Below, piece by piece: positions 31,652-41,404 of a DNA stretch of 64,000 bases. Under the pieces are notes generated by a model. The model saw only the letters and a list, made by a program, of their open reading frames with translations, was not told the origin of the DNA and did no database searches. Position numbers and translations under genes: made by a program. The DNA is from a virus: IMG/VR virus record IMGVR_UViG_3300047462_000185, positions 42,638 to 106,637 of that record. One strand, 5' to 3'. Position 1 is the first letter of the stretch. Each line of letters starts with the position of its first letter.

Positions 31652-31961
31652 GGGAATCTCCTATTTGGTTGGTCCCACCCGCCGCAGCGGGTTCGCGCCG
31701 TCAGGCGCTCGTCTGGGGAAGGAACTGGTCGGCCGGCGCCGCGCTGTCGCGGATCGCCTCGGCGATCGCGGCCGTCACCTCGTCTCGATCGGGCCGGAAC
31801 GGCCGGTGATCGAGGGTCAGGTCGGCCGAGACGCGGATCACGGCGGCGCGCCGAACAGAGCAGGGCCAGCTGGACAGTGTCATGCGGAACATGGGGATAT
31901 GCCTTTCTGCCGGGAAGCGCCGGCTGATCGCGCTGGATGGGGGTCCAGCAAGGCGCCCGCG

Positions 31962-32363
31962 CTAGGCGGGCTCCAGGACATGCTCCTGGGCAGGAACGGT
32001 TGGCCTGGTGGTGAGAGGCGTGCCATCGGGGTGCTCGCCCCACGCCTTCAGGCGCTCGATCGCGAGATCGAACATCTTCAGCACGGCCGGGTGGCCATAC
32101 ACGTCGTTCAGGTGAATGACGCTTAAGGCTCCTGGCTCAACCGCTCTCACGACCGAGGTCAGGGTCGGTGTGCCGCGCTCACCGTCGAGCTCGGCATTTT
32201 GGCTGACGAAGCGACAGGCCCCGATGGCGCACCACCGGACCGCGTTCGCCTGCAAAGCGAACGCGGATTCGCCCGAAGCATCGCGTGCCGCGGCAAACCG
32301 GCAATACCGATTTGGATCGCTGATCAGCGCCCGCGCCGCGACATACATCTCGAATTCGGTCAT
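31962..32363 (-). CDS. DUF6197-like phage protein
   Basis: ARALISDP..YCR.AAARD...AVRWCAIGA...LND..GH..VLKMFDLAI. Confidence 0.7.
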   Translation of the reverse strand: MTEFEMYVAARALISDPNRYCRFAAARDASGESAFALQANAVRWCAIGACRFVSQNAELDGERGTPTLTSVVRAVEPGALSVIHLNDVYGHPAVLKMFDLAIERLKAWGEHPDGTPLTTRPTVPAQEHVLEPA

Positions 32364-32625
32364 GGAATCCTCCGTGTGGCCCGGAGCAGGGGCCGGTTGA
32401 TCAAGCTCCTCCCCCGTGCCACATCGGCATGGGATTCGCGGTCCGATCAGAACCGCTCGTCAGGGACAAAAAGAGGCGCCCTCCCTATGGAGCAGAGAGA
32501 GCGCCTGAGTTTAGGTCTAGGAAAGCAACCAAGGGGGGAACGATCCCTTGGCCTATCAGAAATGGTTACGAAACCGGCCAAGATCAAGGCTTTGTGAGCC
32601 ATAAAACACATGATAATGTGAGTCA

Positions 32626-33609
32626 ATGCCGGTCCCCACGACTCTCACCCCTGAGCAGGAACTGCTGCTCGAACAGGACTACAGCAACCCATCCCTCTCG
32701 CTGCGCGCCCTCGCCGCCAAATACGGGGTCGACAAAAAAACCATCCAGCGCGCCGCCGTCCGGAACCGATGGGTCCGAGACTATGGCAAGCGCGCCAGAG
32801 AGGTGGCGAATGCCATTCTCTCGCAACATGCCAACCAGATCGTCGAGCAGATCGCTGACGACGCGCCACAGCCGCCACAAAGTCCCCAGCCTCCCACAGG
32901 ACCAAAAGCCGTTGTGGTCGACCACCCGAAACGCCATGCGCCCCGCAAAAGCGCCCCACCGCGCCTGACCGTGGTCAGCGATCAGCCCCAGAATACCGCC
33001 CAACCACACCGACCCACCGCAAACCCCAGCGAAACAGCGCCGCTCGGGGATGCCGCCCCACCACACGCCCCATCGTCCCAAAATACGTCGCTAGATGAAA
33101 TGATGCAGCGCTTCGAGGAGGACGTGCGCGCCGAGGTCGCCGTGAATATCGGCCGCATCCAGGCCGCCGTCACGCTCCGCCAGCTCTACGAGACGCGCCA
33201 GTTCCACGCGACCTTCACTATCATGCAGCAACTGGTGCTGGACTGGCTCGGCGATGACCCGGAGAAACGTGAGCGGGCCGCCCATAAGCTGTTCGGCGGT
33301 GGCGCCAGGACCTCGATCGGCCACGTCATCAAGCAGCTGGCCGACGCGATGGGCATGAACGCGGCGCTCGAGCGCAAGATCGTGGGGATCGTCGATCAGC
33401 CCGATCAGCCGGCCGGCCAGCCTGGCGCGCCGGTCGAGGTGAACGTGACCCAGGTCATTGGCGAAATGCCCACCGAGAAGCTTCGGGTGCTCAACGAGGC
33501 GCTGGCTGAGATCCAAGGGAAGCGGCGCGACGCGAGGTCCCTCCCCGTCCCGCCTGGCTATGAGCCGCCGCCAGGGTCCACATCCGGTCCAGAGGAGGCG
33601 CCACGATGA
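32626..33609 (+). CDS. putative terminase small subunit
   Basis: N-terminal HTH SLRALAAKYGVDKKTIQRAA..NRWVRD; position upstream of TerL. Confidence 0.65.
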   Translation: MPVPTTLTPEQELLLEQDYSNPSLSLRALAAKYGVDKKTIQRAAVRNRWVRDYGKRAREVANAILSQHANQIVEQIADDAPQPPQSPQPPTGPKAVVVDHPKRHAPRKSAPPRLTVVSDQPQNTAQPHRPTANPSETAPLGDAAPPHAPSSQNTSLDEMMQRFEEDVRAEVAVNIGRIQAAVTLRQLYETRQFHATFTIMQQLVLDWLGDDPEKRERAAHKLFGGGARTSIGHVIKQLADAMGMNAALERKIVGIVDQPDQPAGQPGAPVEVNVTQVIGEMPTEKLRVLNEALAEIQGKRRDARSLPVPPGYEPPPGSTSGPEEAPR

Positions 33610-33821
33610 TCTGGTTCATCCTGGTCGCCCTGCTCGCCCCGCAGGTCGGACTGATCGTCTTCGTGTTCTATGCGAACCGCGCCACGCTGCGCGCCCTGCG
33701 CGGTCCGACCGAGCAGGTGCGGATCGACGCCTATCTGGCGGTGCTGGACCGTCGTGTCGCTGTGCATAAGACTGGGGACCGACCACATGGACGTGTGTAA
33801 GTTCAGCACGATACGCTGGGG

Positions 33822-36398
33822 ATGAACCTGCCGGATGGTGTGGCCGAGATCAGGGACACGCTGCTCGCCAACGAGATCGCGATCCAGCGCGAGCTGGGCC
33901 GGCGCTCGTTCTACGACTTCTACAAGATGGCGTGGCCCGAGCTCGATCCGGCCCCGTTCGTCGACAATTGGCACATCGGGCTGATCTGCGACGAGTTACA
34001 GGCCGCGGCGCGCCGCGAGGTGCTGAACCTGTGTATTGCAATTCCGCCAAGGCACAGCAAGCCTGTGCATGAGGATGAGCCGGTTCTCACTGCCCGAGGA
34101 CGTATTTCATTGCGCGAAGTGGTGGTGGGCGATTTCGTTCTGACCCACATGGGACGCTTTCGGCGAGTCGAGGCGGTTCACATCCAGGGCGAGTTGCCTA
34201 CGCTCACGGTGCGCGCCTGGTCAGGTCGCGCTGCCCGTATGGCACCTGACCATCCTCTGCTGACGGCGCGTGGGTGGGTGCAAGCCCAGCATTTGGTTGC
34301 GGGTGACAGGGCAGCGGTCGCACGCATCGATGAGCAATGTGGGCAGGATACCGTCTCGGCCGAGGAGGCGCGACTTCTGGGCTATCTGGTGGGTGATGGA
34401 TCATGCACTCACTCGGCAATCAACATCACAGCTCTAGATGAGACTGAAATTGCCGATATCCAGGCATGCGCCAACACCCTCGGGATCGGGACGTCCATCA
34501 CACGCAAAACAAAGACCGCAGCGGTCAAAGTCGGATTACTCAATGACAGACTGAAAAACCGATGCGGTGCTGCGCATCAGCTTATCGATCGTGCTGGCCT
34601 CACGGGCAAGAATAGCTACACGAAGCGAGCTCCGCCTTCGATTATGGCCGCAACGCAGCGCATCATCGCCGAATTCCTGGCCGCCTACTGGGCCTGCGAT
34701 GGGTATATCGCGAAACGGGGCTTCCTAAAGGACGGTAGAATTCGAACTGATGTCTGTGTCGGTTGCGACACGGTCAGCCGAGAGTTGGCGCTCGATGTCC
34801 AGCATTTGCTTTATCGGCTGGGCGTAAACTCTCGCGTCAGGACGAAGGTAGCGAAGATCAAGACTAGGAAACAGGGTAGCGACACTTACACATCGTATTC
34901 CGTCTCGATGACGTCAGCTGATGATGTCGCGCGTTTTGCGTCGGCGGTCACAATTCCGCACGCCAAGCAAGCTCTCCTTGACCGACATAAGGGGCGCACA
35001 GACTTCGATAGGCCGCTCTGGCGCGATGAGATTGTGGCAATCGAGCAGAGTGAACCCGCGCCATGTCGATGCCTGACGGTTGATGAGGATCAAAGCTTCA
35101 CCGCAGGCGACCTGGTGGTCCACAACAGCCTGCTCTGCTCCGTGGCGTTCCCGGCCTGGGTGTGGACCTGGTGGCCCGCGGCCCGCTTCATCACGTCGAG
35201 CTACGATGTGGTGAAGCTCGCGATGCGGGACGCGCTGGCGGCGCGCCGGCTGGTGACCAGCGACTGGTATCAGACGCGCTTCCCCGAAGTGAAGCTGGCG
35301 GCCGATCAGAACGTCAAGAGCTTCTACCAGACCACGGCGGGCGGGGCGCGGTTCGCCTGTAGCCCGACGGCCGGCCTCACCGGTCATGGCGCCGATTTCG
35401 CGATGTTCGACGACCCGCACAACGTCACGAAGGGTGAGTCCGAGAAGGATAGGGACAGGGCCAGGACGTTCTGGTTCGAGGCCATGTCGCCCCGGTTCAA
35501 CAACCCGTCTCACGGGGTGCGGATCGTGGTCCAGCAGCGCGTCAACGAAGCTGACGTCGCGGGCGAGTGCATCCGGCGCGGCTATCATACAGTAGTTTTG
35601 CCGGCCCGGTTCGAGCGCGACCATCCGCAGCGCTCGCCTCGGGATCCGCGCCAGGTCGAGGGTGAGTTGCTTTGGCCCGACAAGTTCTCCGATGCGGATG
35701 TCACCAAGCTCGAAAAGGACATGGGGCAGTTTGCCGCGGCGGGCCAGCTGCAGCAGCGTCCCGTGCCGCGCGAGGGTGGGCTGTTCAAGCGCCACTGGTT
35801 CGAGATCGTGGACGCGGCGCCGGCGACGCAGCGCAGGGTCAGGTCGTGGGACCTGGCCGCATCCGAGAAGAAGGTCACGTCGAGCGATCCGGACTACACC
35901 GTGGGTCTGCTCATGTCGCTGTGCGACGGCGTCTACTACATCGAGGATGTGAGGCGTGACAGGCTCTCGCCGCACGGCGTCGAGCTGATGATCACGAACA
36001 CGGCCAAGCAGGACGGCAAAGGGGTGAGGATCAGGTTCCCGCAGGACCCGGCCCAGGCCGGCAAGTTCCAGGTCCGCTATTACGTGACGCAGTTGGCCGG
36101 GTGGATGCTGCACATCGAGCAGGAGACCGGAGACAAGGTGACGCGTGCCGATCCGTTCTCGAGCCAGGCCGAGGTTGGGAATGTGAAGCTGGTCAAGGGC
36201 GCATGGAACGAGGATTTCCTGTCGGAGATCGCGATATTTCCTGGGGGTGCGCACGACGACCAGGTCGATGCGGCGACGGGCGCGTTTCGGGCCCTGACGA
36301 GCGGCACGACGGGGATCATCGACTTCTACCGGCAGCAGATCGCGGCGCGTGACGCGGCGCGTGACGCGGCACGGGGTCCGGGCGACGGCACACGATAG
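33822..36398 (+). CDS. terminase large subunit with intein
   Basis: Walker A PPRHSK/S, TGHGAD..FDDP Walker B, QQRP, SWDLA, GDKVTRA, FPGGAHDDQVDA. Confidence 0.96.
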   Translation: MNLPDGVAEIRDTLLANEIAIQRELGRRSFYDFYKMAWPELDPAPFVDNWHIGLICDELQAAARREVLNLCIAIPPRHSKPVHEDEPVLTARGRISLREVVVGDFVLTHMGRFRRVEAVHIQGELPTLTVRAWSGRAARMAPDHPLLTARGWVQAQHLVAGDRAAVARIDEQCGQDTVSAEEARLLGYLVGDGSCTHSAINITALDETEIADIQACANTLGIGTSITRKTKTAAVKVGLLNDRLKNRCGAAHQLIDRAGLTGKNSYTKRAPPSIMAATQRIIAEFLAAYWACDGYIAKRGFLKDGRIRTDVCVGCDTVSRELALDVQHLLYRLGVNSRVRTKVAKIKTRKQGSDTYTSYSVSMTSADDVARFASAVTIPHAKQALLDRHKGRTDFDRPLWRDEIVAIEQSEPAPCRCLTVDEDQSFTAGDLVVHNSLLCSVAFPAWVWTWWPAARFITSSYDVVKLAMRDALAARRLVTSDWYQTRFPEVKLAADQNVKSFYQTTAGGARFACSPTAGLTGHGADFAMFDDPHNVTKGESEKDRDRARTFWFEAMSPRFNNPSHGVRIVVQQRVNEADVAGECIRRGYHTVVLPARFERDHPQRSPRDPRQVEGELLWPDKFSDADVTKLEKDMGQFAAAGQLQQRPVPREGGLFKRHWFEIVDAAPATQRRVRSWDLAASEKKVTSSDPDYTVGLLMSLCDGVYYIEDVRRDRLSPHGVELMITNTAKQDGKGVRIRFPQDPAQAGKFQVRYYVTQLAGWMLHIEQETGDKVTRADPFSSQAEVGNVKLVKGAWNEDFLSEIAIFPGGAHDDQVDAATGAFRALTSGTTGIIDFYRQQIAARDAARDAARGPGDGTR
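34062..35126 (+). mobile_element. intein with LAGLIDADG homing endonuclease, inserted in the TerL P-loop
   Basis: K|PVHEDEPVLT...APDHPLLT...LLGYLVGDGS...FLAAYWACDGY...CRCLTVDEDQSFTAGDLVVHN|S; codon usage differs from flanks. Confidence 0.93.
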
Positions 36399-36899
36399 TA
36401 TTCCCCATCAAAGACTCATCCCATGATCCGCGCGTCATGGCATGAGTCCGTGTATCTTTTGATAAATAAACGTGAATTAAAGTTTTGGCCCGAGTCGGGC
36501 TGTCGACACTATTATATGTATGATTTCATACGATTAGCGATAATCCCTTGTGATTGCTTATGAAACCACAGGTTTCGGTGCAAAACACTCTATGCAACCC
36601 TTCACGTTTGTGTAACCATGTGGCTCCGGTGGATCATTTTTCGTCAAGCGCCCGAGGGAAGGGAAACAATGCAAACCCGAAACGCTACACCCGATCGGCC
36701 GCCCCTCATCCTGATCCTCGATCATCCAAACGGACCAGCGCTGGCCCGGGTCAGCTACGCCGAGGGCGACAAAATCGTGGCCCGGCTCAACGGTCGCGTG
36801 TCGACATACCACACGAGCATGGTATTTGTTGTCCCGAATGGGGCCGAGGCGCATCTGTCACAGATCGTCGGACACGCCTGACCCCTCCGGGGGACACCA

Positions 36900-37403
36900 A
36901 TGCTGCGAAACCTGCTGAACCGCCTCGCCAAGCCGCACGAACTGGTAGGGCCGGCCCAAGACCCGCTGATGCGGCGCTGGTTCCTGTTTCCCAAGAACCG
37001 CTGGTTCGGCATCTACCTGCACCACATCCGGTGCAGCGATGAGGACCGGGCGCTCCACGACCACCCGAAGCCCAACATCAGCATCGTGCTGCGCGGCTCC
37101 TATCGCGAATGGATGTTCCTCCAAGACGCGCCGCGCCGGCGCGAGACCTGGGACGGTGTCAAACTCTTCGCCTGGGATGGCCTCGCCGTTGACGAAAGCG
37201 GCCGCATCACAGCCGCCCTGATCCGACGCGCGGGCCAGATCGTCTGGCGTCGCGCCTCTCTGGCCCATCGCATCGAGCTGATCGACGACAAGCCGTGCTG
37301 GACCCTGTTCATCACAGGCCCGAAGCACCGCCAGTGGGGCTTTCACTGTGTCCGGGGCTGGGTCCCGCATTACGTGTTCCACGACAGGAACGGATGCGGC
37401 TGA
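36900..37403 (+). CDS. phage cupin-like protein
   Basis: IYLHHI..SDEDRALHDHP...L.GSY.E...HRIEL...WTLFITGP..RQWGF. Confidence 0.8.
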   Translation: MLRNLLNRLAKPHELVGPAQDPLMRRWFLFPKNRWFGIYLHHIRCSDEDRALHDHPKPNISIVLRGSYREWMFLQDAPRRRETWDGVKLFAWDGLAVDESGRITAALIRRAGQIVWRRASLAHRIELIDDKPCWTLFITGPKHRQWGFHCVRGWVPHYVFHDRNGCG

Positions 37404-37413
37404 ACGCTTAACC

Positions 37414-37440
37414 GAGCCGCCTCATGAGGGCGGCTTTTTT
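37414..37440 (+). terminator. intrinsic terminator
   Basis: GAGCCGCC-TCATGAG-GGCGGCTTTTTT. Confidence 0.75.
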
Positions 37441-37454
37441 CATGGAGAAACGTC

Positions 37455-37739
37455 ATGGCGACCGGCGTGAATGCAACACCCTATGACCCCTGGTATGGCG
37501 CTGTGGGCGAGATCGGCCTCACGATGCAGAACGCGATCGCCATCACCCCGTCCGACGCCGCACCACTGCCCTTCGTGACGCGCCAGATCCGCGTCGTCGG
37601 GGGGGGCAATCTCAACGTCATGTTCGAGAAGGCCACAGCCGCCATCACCATCGCGGTGAGCGCCGGCGAGACGCTGAACTGGCGCGTCAAGCAGGTCTTC
37701 GCGACAGGCACCACCGCGACAGCCATCGCGTTCCAGTAA
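37455..37739 (+). CDS. head spike base protein (Rcc01079-like)
   Basis: AITPSD...TRQIRV.GGGNL.V...AGETL..RVKQVFATGTTAT. Confidence 0.75.
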   Translation: MATGVNATPYDPWYGAVGEIGLTMQNAIAITPSDAAPLPFVTRQIRVVGGGNLNVMFEKATAAITIAVSAGETLNWRVKQVFATGTTATAIAFQ

Positions 37740-37750
37740 GGAGCACGCCC

Positions 37751-39544
37751 ATGAGCGATCGTCCTTCACCGTCGAACCGCGAGGCGATGCCGTTCAAACT
37801 GCTCGACAGCGCTATGGTGCAACGCGTCGTGCAGGGCGCCAAGCAGATGATGGGGCTGCGTCCCATAAACGCGGGCCAGTCCCTCGCGCCGGGCCACAAG
37901 CCAAGGGTCGAGCCGACCTTCTTCCCACCCGGCGAGGCCATGATGCCGGCCGCGCCCGACGCGGCGGGCCGCAGGCTCGACTATCCGACCAACTACAACA
38001 TCACCTACACGCCGCGTAGCTTCGAGAACGTCAGCTTCGAGACGTTGCGCGGCCTGGCCGAATACTGGGACCTGCTTAGGCTCGCCATCGAAACGCGCAA
38101 GGACCAGATGGCGAAGCTCGAATTCTCGATCATGATGAAGAAGCGGCCCGGCCAGGAGATGAGGCCTAAGGCCGACCAGCGCTGCGTCGAGGTCGAGCAG
38201 TTCCTGCAAAGCCCGGACAAGAACCTGCCCTGGGCCGACTGGGTCCGGATGCTGCTCGAGGAACACCTCGTCATCGACGCGCCGGCCGTCTACTGCAAGA
38301 AGACGGTGGGCGGAAAGCCTTATGCGTTCCAGATTGTCGCCGGCGACACGATCAGCCCCAAGCTCGACTACTACGGCCGTCGCCCTGCACCGCCCAACGT
38401 CGCCTATCAGCAGGTCCTGAAGGGTCTGCCCGCGGTCGATTACACGGCGGACGAGATGATCTATGCGCCGCGCAACCCGCGCGCCAACCGGGTCTACGGC
38501 ATGTCGCCGGTGCAGCAGATCCTGATGACGATCAACATCGGGCTGCGCCGCCAGGTCGGCCAGTTGAACTATTTCACTGATGGCAACGTGCCCGACGCCC
38601 TGGCCCAGGTCCCGCCCGACTGGTCGCCCGACGTGATCATGCAGTTCCAGCAGATCTGGGACAGCATGATGTCGGACTTCAGCCAGCGCCGGAAAATGAA
38701 ATTCATCCCGGGCGGGGTGAACTTCATCCCGACCCGGCTCGACAACTCGCTGATGGACCAGTTCGACGAGTGGCTGGCCCGCGTGGTGTGCTACTGCTTC
38801 AGCCTGCCGCCCCTGCCCTTCGTCAAGGTGCAGAACCGCAGCACGGCCGAAACAGCCTATGAGACCTCGATCAGCGAGGGGCTCGAGCCCCTGATGATGT
38901 GGGTCAAGAACTTGATCGACCTCGCCATCACCAATTGGTTCGGCTACTCGGACCTGGAGATGGTGTGGGACGACGTCCGCAAGGTCGACCCGGCCGAAAA
39001 GGAGGAGCGCGACCTCGCCAAGGTGAAGGCCGGCGTCATCTCGATCGACGACATGCGGCTCGACGAGGGCAAGGATCCGCTGGGCGTGCCGCCCATCGTG
39101 TTCGGCATCGGTCCGATGGGCTTCATGGCGGTGTCGGACATCGTCAAGGCGATCAAGATGGGCTACACGCTCCAGGGCGTGCCGCAGCCGATGGCCGCGC
39201 CGGGGATGGGCATGCCGGGACAGCCTGGCATGCCTGGTGCGGCGCCCCCTGGCGTGGCCCAGTCCGTCATGGGGCAAGACCCTTCGGACCCGCTGGCCGG
39301 CCTGCCACCGGCGCTGCTGCAAGCCTTTGGCCTGGTGCCGGGGTCCAAGGTCGAGCCGGCGGTGCAGCTGACCCACGAGGACCTGGAGGACGCCTACCAG
39401 GACGGCCACGACGACGCCATGCTGCTGGCCGGGACGGACCGCAGCAACGTGGTGCCGATCCACAAGCACCCCGCCGTGCAGGCCGCGCTGCGCGACGGCA
39501 CCAGGCTGGCCCAGCGTCACGCGCGTCACCTCGGCGGCCGATGA
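37751..39544 (+). CDS. phage portal protein
   Basis: SFETLRGLA...AIETRKDQ...YGMSPVQQI...FTDGNVP...DEWLARVVCYCFSLPP; follows TerL. Confidence 0.9.
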   Translation: MSDRPSPSNREAMPFKLLDSAMVQRVVQGAKQMMGLRPINAGQSLAPGHKPRVEPTFFPPGEAMMPAAPDAAGRRLDYPTNYNITYTPRSFENVSFETLRGLAEYWDLLRLAIETRKDQMAKLEFSIMMKKRPGQEMRPKADQRCVEVEQFLQSPDKNLPWADWVRMLLEEHLVIDAPAVYCKKTVGGKPYAFQIVAGDTISPKLDYYGRRPAPPNVAYQQVLKGLPAVDYTADEMIYAPRNPRANRVYGMSPVQQILMTINIGLRRQVGQLNYFTDGNVPDALAQVPPDWSPDVIMQFQQIWDSMMSDFSQRRKMKFIPGGVNFIPTRLDNSLMDQFDEWLARVVCYCFSLPPLPFVKVQNRSTAETAYETSISEGLEPLMMWVKNLIDLAITNWFGYSDLEMVWDDVRKVDPAEKEERDLAKVKAGVISIDDMRLDEGKDPLGVPPIVFGIGPMGFMAVSDIVKAIKMGYTLQGVPQPMAAPGMGMPGQPGMPGAAPPGVAQSVMGQDPSDPLAGLPPALLQAFGLVPGSKVEPAVQLTHEDLEDAYQDGHDDAMLLAGTDRSNVVPIHKHPAVQAALRDGTRLAQRHARHLGGR

Positions 39545-40560
39545 GACTGTCATGGTGGCGCTGGGGGCGCCGGCGCCGGCGCCGGCCGTTCGTGAAGCCG
39601 CTTGACATCATGGCGGGCGGCTACACCGGCCCAATGATTGCGGCGGCGCTGCTCAGTGGTCCGCAGCGTGAGCCGGGTGCTGTAATCCTGATCGGGCGCG
39701 CCATGAACATGGAGAATAAGCTGTTCGTCAGGGTCAGGCACGAATTACTGCCCAGTGAAGCGGATGACTTGGCCAATCAACTCAGGGCGATGGCCGCGTC
39801 GGCGCGCCAGAAACGGCTATAGCCCGGTCGCGTCCATCGTTTCCGGCTTCTCGTAGAATGCGCGCGTCGTCTGCTCGAGCGTTTCCCTCGCCAGTTTGAT
39901 GCCGTAATCAAGGTGCTCGGCGCTGCGGGCCATGCGTGCCAGCCGTGCCGACAGGCCGACGGTAAGGACGCCCATTGCGAGTGTTTCGTCGCTGAACACC
40001 TCGTCGAGAAATATTCTGATCTCACGCGCTCTGGCTAAAACGGCGTCGTATTGTTCTGGCGTTCGTTGCTTTATCGACATGCCGGTGGATCCTTGTCGAG
40101 CTGGCGCCCCATATGGCGCTGGAAGATGGCGCGCAGATCGTTCTCCCAGCCGCCGCCCGAGCGATATTCGGCATAGTGTTTGATGCGGCGCAGATCGTCG
40201 CGCTCGAGCAGAAGATCGGTGCTCGCCACGACGCGGTCGGCGAGCTTGCGCATCAGGCCCTGAAAGCCGCCGGGTTGCTTGCATGGTCGATCGATGTGCG
40301 ACAGCAGGGTGCGGCGCTCGAATTCGCTGAGCGTGATGGTCCAGCGGTCCGGTTCGCCGAACAGGTCGGTCACAGCTTCAGGGCTTCGAGTTCGGCCTCG
40401 GCTTGAGCGGCCCAGCGGTCATAACGCTGCGCGTCGGCGATATGATTGGCCCGGTCCTTCGACGCAAGACAGAGTTCCGCGTAATCGCGCTCACGCTTGG
40501 CTTTCTCGCGGCAGCGCGCCGCGTATTCGCGCAGCTGGGTGGGGTCGGACTTCCAGTCGG

Positions 40561-40770
40561 TCACTGCCTGATCTCCCGGTAGGTCACCACCCTGATGATG
40601 CTGAGCGCGGCCAGGATGCGGTCCGACGGGGCGCGCTTACCAGAAAGCACATCGGAAACATAGCTATCCGATAGATCATGCTGCTTGGCCCATTGCCTCG
40701 CGCTGCCCGCTTCCCGGCAGGCCCGAGCCAGAAAAAGCCTTACGCTCTCGACGTCCATGTCAGATGTCAT
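40561..40770 (-). CDS. small XRE-type HTH protein
   Basis: GSARQWAKQHDLSDSYVSDVLSGKRAPSDRIL. Confidence 0.75.
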   Translation of the reverse strand: MTSDMDVESVRLFLARACREAGSARQWAKQHDLSDSYVSDVLSGKRAPSDRILAALSIIRVVTYREIRQ

Positions 40771-41404
40771 GTTTTCGCTTTTAAGCGAAATCGCTTGCGA
40801 GGGTCAAGGCGCTGGTCTATGAGTCGTGCGCCATTCCACATGTTTGTGTGTTGGCGCTGGGCGCGGCGGCTCACCGCGCGTCTCCCGGCCATTGAGGCCA
40901 AGGAAGCTCGCGTCGCCTGATCGGGACCGCGAGCATCTGCACGACGGATGCTTGCGGACGGACGCCGTGTGGCCCCGAGCGGTCCGATGGATCGGGGCAT
41001 CGTTTCAGGCCAGGAGATCGTCATGTTCGGAGTCGAACTGCTGATATTCGGCTATGCGCTGGACCGGCTGCGCGGCTTCGTCAAGAAAGCGCCTCGGTGG
41101 CTGCCGTGACGCCGCACACGAGCCAAAGAACGAGTCATCTGATGGCATGGGTCTATTACTGGCTCTTCCAGCACGAAGGGCCTCTACCCAAACTGGCCGA
41201 TATCGCCAAGCAATATCCGCGGCAGCGCATCGAGGCCTACAACATCCATCAAGCGCTTGCCTCTCTCAATCGTTCGAAGCGTATCAGGTGGCGCAGCGGG
41301 ACGCGAAGCCTGCATCGCGGCCATCAGGCGATCTGCATCGTGAGCAGTGGCAAAGTGCTGAAGACCATCGATTGCCCGTTCGATCCGCCTGGAGAGGAAT
41401 CATC

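Larger units (their letters stand above)
30235..31719 (-). ncRNA. Five hammerhead-like (type I topology) RNA motifs at 30235-30279, 30563-30606, 30896-30942, 31258-31307, 31673-31719
   Basis: UCCC-CNGANGA-[stem II]-GAA-C[stem III]G-(C/U)-GGGA; the copy at 30563 has exact CUGAUGA; activity unknown. Confidence 0.65.
26791..31954 (-). repeat. Family-2 intergenic structured repeat, 8 copies (26791, 27418, 27902, 28421, 28615, 29162, 29587, 31901)
   Basis: Sense strand GCCUU-[stem]-GCGNNCA-[GCCGG-CGCNNN-CCGGC]-AGAAAGGC before the ATG; compensatory changes in stems. Confidence 0.9.

Noticed and set aside
26791-31954. Dispersed repeats as a CRISPR array or integron attC sites
   Set aside because: Intervals are whole genes of variable length, the repeats covary as RNA junctions, and no cas genes, integron integrase or clear RYYYAAC/GTTRRRY ends are seen
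37766-39553. 595-aa antisense ORF and similar long antisense ORFs (34914-36254, 44870-45829, 7415-8839)
   Set aside because: Typical high-GC shadow ORFs opposite recognisable genes
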